Positions 19,149 to 27,000 of a DNA stretch of 64,000 nucleotides are shown piece by piece; position 1 is the stretch's first letter, and each line of letters opens with the position of its first letter. The notes under the pieces were generated by a model. It was not told the origin of the DNA. It saw only the letters and a list, made by a program, of their open reading frames with translations, and did no database searches. Made by a program: the position numbers and the translations under genes. The DNA comes from a virus. Lineage: Duplodnaviria; Caudoviricetes. The stretch spans positions 128,001-192,000 of the IMG/VR virus record IMGVR_UViG_3300020471_000006. One strand, written 5' to 3'.

Positions 19149-19783
19149 ACTTAACAGATTTAATATTCGAGAAAAAAGACTTCCTTCCTAAAGATGATTG
19201 TGAGTCATGGATTGATTGGTTTTGGTTGAACCAACAATATCATGATAAGGGGGATTCTGGAAATGAACAAAAACATAAGAAAGCTATACAAGTAGATCCT
19301 ATTGTTGGTGGAGATTTCTGGTGTCAAATTGCTATAGAAACTGATAGAGCTATCAATGCAATGTATGAATGGGGTGCAAAAGATAAACTTCTTTGGAGAG
19401 CACCTTTAGTTTCTTATGATCATTCTATGAGATGCTACCCAAAAAAAGATGGGTGGTTTAAAGATCATATTGATCTATCTCCAACAGATCCATTACTATT
19501 GTCAAGAGTATATGCTATGATAATATATCTTGATGATGTTGAAGAAGGTGGTGAAACAGAGTTTTCATTTTTAGATTATAAAGTTAAACCAGAACAAGGA
19601 AAACTTTTAATGTTCCCTTGTAATCAGATGTATCCATATAGAGAAAACAAACCAATGAGTGGTCCAAAGCATATTGTCACTGCTTTCTTTTGTTCTGATC
19701 TACCTGCTCCACATTATGTAAATAGTCAGCATCCTAATCAACAACATCATAACTTATATTCAAAACACATGGGAATCAAATGA
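19145..19783 (+). CDS. Prolyl-4-hydroxylase-like 2OG-Fe(II) oxygenase; distal His appears replaced by Tyr
   Basis: FKDHID...MIIYLDDVEEGGETEF...KPEQGKLLMFP..MYPY. Confidence 0.75.
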   Translation: MNLTDLIFEKKDFLPKDDCESWIDWFWLNQQYHDKGDSGNEQKHKKAIQVDPIVGGDFWCQIAIETDRAINAMYEWGAKDKLLWRAPLVSYDHSMRCYPKKDGWFKDHIDLSPTDPLLLSRVYAMIIYLDDVEEGGETEFSFLDYKVKPEQGKLLMFPCNQMYPYRENKPMSGPKHIVTAFFCSDLPAPHYVNSQHPNQQHHNLYSKHMGIK

Positions 19784-20175
19784 TTATTTGGGTTAATGGT
19801 TGCTTTGATGTTCTCCATAGAGGACATTTCGAATTGCTAAATTATGCTAGGTCTTTAGGATCTATGCTTATAGTGGGTATCGATACTGACCGAAAGGTCA
19901 GAGCAGACAAAGGACCAGATAGACCCATCTATCCATTAGAGGATAGGAAGTATCAATTAAGTTCTTTGAAAGCAGTGGACGTAATCCATACGTTTGATTC
20001 AAGACAAGAGCTTGAAGAATTGATAAAAATCATAAACCCTGATATACTAGTGGTAGGTTCTGATTGGAAAAACGGAGACGTAGTAGGACGTGAGTATGCA
20101 AAGAGAGTTGAGTTCTTCGATAGGATCGGAGAATATTCCACAACAAAAACAATACAAGGTCATCGTTATAGGTGA
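19780..20175 (+). CDS. hldE: HldE/RfaE-type nucleotidylyltransferase domain (stand-alone)
   Basis: NGCFDVLHRGH (HxGH), VGIDTD..VR..KG..RP, PDILVVGSDW, YSTT motifs. Confidence 0.8.
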   Translation: MIIWVNGCFDVLHRGHFELLNYARSLGSMLIVGIDTDRKVRADKGPDRPIYPLEDRKYQLSSLKAVDVIHTFDSRQELEELIKIINPDILVVGSDWKNGDVVGREYAKRVEFFDRIGEYSTTKTIQGHRYR

Positions 20176-20929
20176 GACTTGTATAGACAAATACGTTTAT
20201 GGCAGGTGTACAAGGTTAAGTCCTGAAGCACCTGTACCAGTAATGGAATACATTCGTACTGAAACAGCAGACGGAATGGCAAGTAATGTAAGACAAAACC
20301 TCTTGTCATTTGGTGTGGATGTATATTTGATGACCAATGAATTAAAACCAGTCAAGACTAGATTTGTAGATGAAAGATCTAATCAACAACTGATGAGATT
20401 GGATGAGAATGATGAGGTTGCTGACTATGGATGGGAGTTACCAACTGGTGATACTTATCCTACTGGTACACCACATACAGAACCTATTGGTGAACCATTT
20501 GATGCCATGATCATATCTGATTATGACAAAGGATTTTTATCAGAAGAAAAGATCTTTGAATTGGTAGAAGCATTCAATGGTCCTGTATTCATAGACAGTA
20601 AGAAAAGTAAACTACCTAAGAAAGGATGCTTCATCAAGATCAATGATTTAGAAAACTCTAAGTTAAAAGGTATATACAGAAATAAGATTGTTACTAAAGG
20701 TTCTGCTGGTGCTGAGTATAAAGGAAAGATATATCCAGGTGAAGCAGTTCCTTGTTTTGATGTAGCAGGTGCAGGAGATACATTCCTTTGTGCTTTGGTT
20801 TACTTTTACTTAGAGTATGGTAAAATAGAAAAAGCAATTCCTTATGCTAATAAGGCTGCTGCTATAGCAGTTCAAAATCATGGTACATACGTTCTTTCTG
20901 GAGATGATATAGATGATATACGTAGTTGA
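20090..20929 (+). CDS. hldE: HldE/RfaE-type PfkB kinase domain (stand-alone); start position uncertain
   Basis: VIGE.CID.Y.YG...RLSPEAPVPV, ISDYDKG, DVAGAGDTF, AN.AAAIAV motifs. Confidence 0.8.
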   Translation: MSMQRELSSSIGSENIPQQKQYKVIVIGETCIDKYVYGRCTRLSPEAPVPVMEYIRTETADGMASNVRQNLLSFGVDVYLMTNELKPVKTRFVDERSNQQLMRLDENDEVADYGWELPTGDTYPTGTPHTEPIGEPFDAMIISDYDKGFLSEEKIFELVEAFNGPVFIDSKKSKLPKKGCFIKINDLENSKLKGIYRNKIVTKGSAGAEYKGKIYPGEAVPCFDVAGAGDTFLCALVYFYLEYGKIEKAIPYANKAAAIAVQNHGTYVLSGDDIDDIRS

Positions 20930-21233
20930 TATAGATGGTACTATAAGTAATTGTCCTACAGGACAATACGAAAAATCCGAACCAATGATGGATCGGATAG
21001 AGAAGTTAAATAAAATATACGACGAAGGTAACAGTATTATTTTTTATACTGCCAGAGGTATGGGTAGATTTGAAGGTGATGGGATTAAAGCACATGAAGC
21101 ATTCTATGATCTAACCTTCAATCAACTCAAGTCATGGGGGTGTAAGTTTGATGAGTTACACATGGGTAAATTTCATGCACATTATTTCATAGATGATAAA
21201 GGAGTGAATTCAGATGATTTCTTCAATACTTGA
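20913..21233 (+). CDS. Small HAD-superfamily phosphatase
   Basis: VDIDGTI (DxDGT), FYTARG, K...YFIDDK motifs. Confidence 0.75.
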   Translation: MIYVVDIDGTISNCPTGQYEKSEPMMDRIEKLNKIYDEGNSIIFYTARGMGRFEGDGIKAHEAFYDLTFNQLKSWGCKFDELHMGKFHAHYFIDDKGVNSDDFFNT

Positions 21234-21762
21234 ACCCGAAGATCTTCTTGATCCGTTTACTGTTGATTGGATCAATAAAGAACTTTATGAATATCCTGTA
21301 TCATATGGACACAGAGCTTGTGATGATGGAGATGATTTTTTCGGAAGAATATTCTTTTGGGGTGAATGGCGTGAACAGTTCCATCAGAAGAACCTACCAG
21401 CCAGTGTAGATTACTTAACTAATTTTGTAGCCACATGGTTACCATCTGCAACTAATAAAGAATTTGTAGATCTAAGAAGAATTGTATTGAATGCTGCATG
21501 TCCTAATCAACGTGGAGGTGTGCATTGGGATTCTAATGACCCATCAGTCTGGACTGTGCTATACTATATTACTGATAGTTCTGGTGATACCAACATATAC
21601 GATGGAGATTTTGAAGAAGGTGTTGAGGCAAGAAACCTTGTCCACACATGTAAATACAAGCAAGGAAAGTTTGTTGCTTTTCCTTCTACCTATATTCATA
21701 ATGCGGAGGCCCCAGAATCAGGATGGAGAATGAGTTTAGCGTGGGGTATTCAACTCCGATGA
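21214..21762 (+). CDS. 2OG-Fe(II) oxygenase
   Basis: VHWD...VLYY....GDT...GKFVAFPSTYIHNA...WRMSLA. Confidence 0.75.
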   Translation: MISSILEPEDLLDPFTVDWINKELYEYPVSYGHRACDDGDDFFGRIFFWGEWREQFHQKNLPASVDYLTNFVATWLPSATNKEFVDLRRIVLNAACPNQRGGVHWDSNDPSVWTVLYYITDSSGDTNIYDGDFEEGVEARNLVHTCKYKQGKFVAFPSTYIHNAEAPESGWRMSLAWGIQLR

Positions 21763-22100
21763 AGATTGTACAGAAAGGTTGGGGATATGAGAAGTGGATC
21801 TGCAATTCTGAAAAGTATTGTGGGAAGCTTCTATTCTTTAATGCAGGTAAGAAGTGTTCATACCATTATCACAAGATTAAAGATGAAACATTCTATGTTC
21901 AGAGTGGTGAACTAAAGATGACCTATGGTTATAGAGATGATTTTATTGATGCAGACACAATCATATTAAAACCAGGAGATAAGTTTTACATACCTCCTGG
22001 TCTTAGACATATGATGGAAGGCATCACAGACGTAGAACTATTCGAATTTTCTACAGAGCATTTTGAGGAGGACTCGTACCGTGTTCTAAGGGGTGATTAA
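21759..22100 (+). CDS. Cupin-fold putative sugar-phosphate isomerase
   Basis: ATGA-coupled start. KGWGYE.W, SYHYHKIKDETFYVQSG and PPGLRH cupin metal motif (H-x-H...E...H). Confidence 0.7.
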   Translation: MKIVQKGWGYEKWICNSEKYCGKLLFFNAGKKCSYHYHKIKDETFYVQSGELKMTYGYRDDFIDADTIILKPGDKFYIPPGLRHMMEGITDVELFEFSTEHFEEDSYRVLRGD

Positions 22101-22875
22101 TATAGTCCTCTACATTTGTAAATTCATACTTATTAGCCCAGAACATATCTGCACAGGTATAGAATTGATATTTTCCTTGTAAGTGTACAGGGAAATCTAT
22201 CTCTTCTATCTGTGCATTATATTTGTCTGCAATTATTTCAGCAATATCTCTGAAGGAATGTGGGTGTCCTGTACCAAGATCATATACTCCTGATTCCAAT
22301 TGGTTGTTCAGAACTAAGTCAACAACATCACCAACGTATATAAAGTCTCTAACCATCTTCTCAGAGTTCTTAAAGATTTTAATTTTACCTGTCATCTTTG
22401 CTTCCTCAGTAAATTTACTGATAGGACTGCGTTGGTTTCCTTTATGCTCTTCACCTTCTCCATATACATTGAAGAATCTGAATCCTTGAATATTTTCAAA
22501 TAGATCTATATTGTCTTGTACCCAGTAGTCTACTTGAACTTTTGATATAGCATAGTAATTCAAAGGATTGATATTACCTGCTGAGTTTCCATAGACAGAT
22601 GCAGACGAGGCATACTTAACTGGTATACCTAGTTCTATTGCTTTCTTAAATAGTCTTATTGAAAACTCAGTATTGTAAATTGTGATCTTTCCAATATCAG
22701 TTTCTGTTGTACTTGATATTGCTCCCATGTGAATGATTTCATCGATATCATCCCAGACAGGTAGGTTGTCTAGTAACTGAAAAGCGTTTCCCATTTCAAA
22801 CCCGATGAATTTTCCATCAAGTTGATCGGCAAACTTCTTTCCGATGAACCCATTGCATCCTGTAAGAATTTTCAT
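22051..22875 (-). CDS. hldD: ADP-L-glycero-D-manno-heptose 6-epimerase-like extended SDR
   Basis: TGCNGFIG, YASSASVYG, YAISK, FRFFNVYGEGEEHKG, RDFIYVGDV; the NVYG..E.HKG motif is HldD-typical. Confidence 0.8.
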   Translation of the reverse strand: MKILTGCNGFIGKKFADQLDGKFIGFEMGNAFQLLDNLPVWDDIDEIIHMGAISSTTETDIGKITIYNTEFSIRLFKKAIELGIPVKYASSASVYGNSAGNINPLNYYAISKVQVDYWVQDNIDLFENIQGFRFFNVYGEGEEHKGNQRSPISKFTEEAKMTGKIKIFKNSEKMVRDFIYVGDVVDLVLNNQLESGVYDLGTGHPHSFRDIAEIIADKYNAQIEEIDFPVHLQGKYQFYTCADMFWANKYEFTNVEDYINHPLEHGTSPPQNAL

Positions 22876-22882
22876 ATAAATA
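22875..22882 (+). promoter_or_regulatory. Late promoter TATAAATA overlapping the hldD start codon on the opposite strand
   Basis: CAT-ATAAATA at 22873-22882. Confidence 0.75.
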
Positions 22883-22913
22883 ACTAACGATTGTAATATA
22901 AACCCCCAAAGTT

Positions 22914-24044
22914 ATGGCTACTTATGGTGCTCTAGCAGCTATAGTCCCACCAGTCAAGACTAGGACAGTTCTTCATGAGGCTCCAGCAGCAAAGCTGGTA
23001 GAGGCAAAAATTTCAATATCTCACCAAAGTCCATACCCAGTAAGAGTAAGGATCGGAGTTTCAAGTGGTGCGTTGTTGGCTTTCGCTCCATCGAACTACA
23101 TCCTATATGACATGGAGATTCAGTCTGGAGAGACTTATGAAACTCAAACTATGTACTATGCCAATGGGCAAAGTCTGATTGTATATAGTGATTACGAAAC
23201 TACCTCTTTCTTGGTACATGGAGAAGTTGTTGATAACCCAGTTGGTTCTGGATTCTTAAATTCTGCTCTTGTAACTACTGCTAGAACTAATACTAGTATC
23301 TACACAGTACCTACTGGTGAAGACGTAGAACTTTCGATCTTCGTTTCTAACCAGAGTCACACTCCTTCTAGATTCAGAATAGGAATCTTAGAGGATGGAC
23401 AAACAGAATTACAGACTTCAAACTACTTAAATTATAACACGAAACTATTTCCTAGAACATTCTATCAGAGAACTGACATTAAAGCAACAGGAGATCAACA
23501 GATTATTGTGTGGGCTGAGGATGCCAACATAATGAGTTTTGCTGTATATGGTAAGTTTAAGTATAACATTATTGCAACTGACTTCAGTGTTAATGGGAAC
23601 TTTACTGTTGTTGGAGACTCTGATTTACAACAAAATGTTGGTGTTGGTGGAACTCTTGACGTTACAGGAGCTGCAACTTTTCTTGATGCTGTCACTGTAG
23701 ACGGTGAACTAGGAGCCAAAAGTGGTATCAAAGGTGGTGCTGATTTAACTACTCCTACCTTTAGTGTTTCTGCTGCTGGTGCTATTGCTGGTGCTAGTGC
23801 TTCTGTTACATCTGCTCTTGCTTGTGGTACTACCTTCGGGGTTGGTGGTACTAAGTTCACAGTAGATGCAGATGGTAACACAGTTGTAGATGGAACCTTA
23901 GATGTACACAGTGGTGTTACTGCTGATCTAAGTCTTCTAAATAATAAAATAACGAATCTAGGTAGAGCTACTGCGCCAGGGGATGCAATGTCCAAGACTG
24001 CTGTAGACTCCCAAGTAACTGCATTAGCAATTGCACTTTCATAA
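22914..24044 (+). CDS. Virion structural/fibre protein
   Basis: Two copies of the 9415-type domain, a Gly/Thr/Val-rich stalk and the C-terminal fibre motif NKITNL..AT.PGDA.SK..VD. Confidence 0.7.
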   Translation: MATYGALAAIVPPVKTRTVLHEAPAAKLVEAKISISHQSPYPVRVRIGVSSGALLAFAPSNYILYDMEIQSGETYETQTMYYANGQSLIVYSDYETTSFLVHGEVVDNPVGSGFLNSALVTTARTNTSIYTVPTGEDVELSIFVSNQSHTPSRFRIGILEDGQTELQTSNYLNYNTKLFPRTFYQRTDIKATGDQQIIVWAEDANIMSFAVYGKFKYNIIATDFSVNGNFTVVGDSDLQQNVGVGGTLDVTGAATFLDAVTVDGELGAKSGIKGGADLTTPTFSVSAAGAIAGASASVTSALACGTTFGVGGTKFTVDADGNTVVDGTLDVHSGVTADLSLLNNKITNLGRATAPGDAMSKTAVDSQVTALAIALS

Positions 24045-24067
24045 AAAAGATCGAGGGAAATTAAAAA

Positions 24068-27000
24068 ATGGCTAAAAGGCAAATAAGAGACTACGTTTTC
24101 TCACCTGGTCTTTCTGGTGCTGGAACATTGAAGGTTTTGGATAAAGTCAGTCCTGACCAGATTCTGCTGATCACAAACGTTACAGCAAACGTTGTACTTT
24201 ATAACTTTGCTGATAACTCTCAACAGATAGCAGCAGCGTTCACGGAAACATCTGATGGATCTGATCCAGACTTCCCTTTCGCTAGTACGTTATCAAACGG
24301 TGTAACTACCATTACATTCCTGTTTGATACTTCAACATATTCTAATACTGATAACTTAATCATCTTTATTGAAGGTGATGAAGTTAAGATGAGACCATAC
24401 GACTTCGGTACAGACGCTATTGAACGTATGCGTTTTGCTGAGCCTCTTAGTATGCTTGATGCTGACTTTGAGTATGGTATTCAGCCAACTAAATGGCAGA
24501 CAATTGACCTAGTACGTGGATATCCATCTTCCTTCGAGTTTCCAGGTGCTGATGTTGCTGTTAGTTCAATTACAACCGATGCTTCTACAAACAGTGGTGG
24601 TATAGGTCCATCTCTTATTACAGTAGATACTGAATTGGAACATGGATTCTCTGTTGGTGATCCTGTTACACTTAAGGGTGTTAATGATGGTGTAGAGGGA
24701 TTCGCTAAGGCAGAAGGTTCATTCATTATTAGTGATGTTCCAAGTACATCTCAGTTTACTTTCTATGCAAAGGGTAAGGTAGGTCTATCACCTGCTACTA
24801 GTCTATTATCTGGATTTGTTCAGTTAAGGAAAGCAGGTTTCTATACTGGTGCTTCATTAGGAAGCCCTACTCTAGCAGTAGAATCTAATGGTGCTTCTGG
24901 TCAAATATCAACTAGAGGTAATACTGCTGCTGGTGAAAATAGAATTGGTATCAATGCTCCAGGATCACCTCCTCCAATTGGTGCTCCTCTTTCTGCAGCT
25001 GGATTACAAGCTGGTACACAGATAACTGGTTATGTGGGTTCTGATACCGCTATTAATATTACAACATCATTCACAGCACCTGTTTCTACAATCGTTCTTA
25101 ACGATACAACAGGAATTGATATTGGTGCTGCTCTAGATAACGGTTCTGGAACTACAATTTTTGTTACAAACATCGAAACAAATACTATATCTCTATCTGC
25201 ACCATATACAGCAGACAGAACTGGTAACAGTTTCATCTCTACACCAACATCACCAACTACACTTAACTTTGGTAATGGTACTGGAGCATCATTTGATATA
25301 CAAAGAACTTCTGGTGCATACACTGGTGTTGATATTAAACAGACAGTAATGTATGATAATGTTCCAGTAGATACGTATAGTGGACAAGGAACCAATGCTA
25401 CCTTTAACGTTGAAAGGGATGGTACTGCTGGTTCAGCATCTTATGCGAATGTGTTTGTATCTAACAGTGGTAGTACATACTCTGCTACAGAAACAATTGT
25501 TATCTTAGGTACTAACTTAGGTGGTGCTACACCAACTAACGACTTGACTATTACAATTGATTCTGTTGATGTTAACGGTCAAATTCAAAGTATTACTCCT
25601 AGTGGTACAGCAGCAGAAGGAACTCCTTACGCTGGAACTGGATATGCTGTTGGGGAACAAATTGTTATCTATGGTAATGTTCTTGGTGGACAGTCACCAG
25701 CTCATGACTTAAACATCTTCATTAAAACAGTTGGTGCTGCTGGTGAAATTCTTACCTTTACTCCTATTGGTCAAGGTATCTTCTCTACTCAGGAATATAA
25801 TAACGTAACTGGTGCTGCTGGATCTGGTGTTGGTATCAACTCATCATTCAGAGTTACTAGAACAGGTTCTGGTAGTAAGATAGCACAGATTGATGATGTC
25901 GAAGTTGGTGGAATAATAGAATTTGAAGATTTCTTCTCAATTCAAATAACTGATACTGCAACAAGTACAGTTGAAACATTTACTTATGATGCTGCTACTA
26001 ATGATGGTATAACAGAAGTAAGGAACGGACTTATTAATGCTATCAATGATCTTTCTACTGGTTCTGCTTTCGTAAGAGCAAGTGCTGGATCTCCTTCTCA
26101 GACTGGTCTTGCAAAAGTACAATTGACTGCTATAGTTGCTGGTCAAGCATACTCTGTAGTTGCAACTACTACTGAAGGTGGAGGTGGTACTGCTGATGAT
26201 CAAACCATTTCTCATGCAAACTTTATTCCCAATGAGAATACAACAACCACACCAACATATAGTGCTGTTATAATCAACCCTGGTTCTAGTTACCAACCTA
26301 ATGATACTGTTATCATTGATGGTGGAGTCTTAGGTGGTGAAACTGCTACTAATGACTTAACTGTTACTGTAACCAGTGTTGGTGCATCTGGTGAGATCAC
26401 TGCATTCAGTATTGGTGGTACAGCAGCAGACGGTAATGCAACATTCGAGTCACTTACTGCAAACAATATAGCATTTAATGCAACATTCCTACCTAAAATT
26501 TCTGGTGGTAACTATGCTCCTGAAATTGCTAATGGTGGTAGTGGATATCAAATTGGTTATCAATTCTTAATCGGTGGTCAAGAACTTGGTGGTGATCCAA
26601 CCATTAACGATATGACTATCACTGTCACAGACATTGATTATCTAACTGGAGAGATTACTGCTATCACTGCATCTGGTACTCCAGTATCAGGAGAGAGTAT
26701 TGCATTCTATCCATCTGTTTCTTTATCTGCTACAACTAGTGGTATTATTAATAATGGTACTAATATAACTTACTCTGCTATTGCAAGAATAAGTGCAACA
26801 TTCGCTAACAATCATGGATTGGTTCCAGGAAATACAATCCTTGCTGCTATTGATTCTACTGGTAATAACCATGATCTTGCTTCAGGACCATTCTTTATTG
26901 AAGAAGTTCCTAACTTAAACAAGTTTGTTTATACTACAAGAACTACTGGTACTATTGATACTAATACTGCTCTTACTGGTGAACTCTATACTAGACCAGA

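Noticed and set aside
10115-19783. Cys-rich proteins as RiPP precursors for the neighbouring enzymes
   Set aside because: They are ~300-aa proteins with a glycine-rich-domain scaffold; no leader/core layout, radical SAM, LanM, protease or exporter is present.
13919-22875. Simple host-LPS-core biosynthesis cluster
   Set aside because: No Kdo, lipid A, flippase or ligase genes; late-promoter context between virion genes. Not fully excluded.
23495-24082. 195-aa minus-strand ORF
   Set aside because: Mirrors the Gly/Ala/Thr/Val stalk of the 22914 gene (Pro/Thr/Ala/Ser-rich); no SD.
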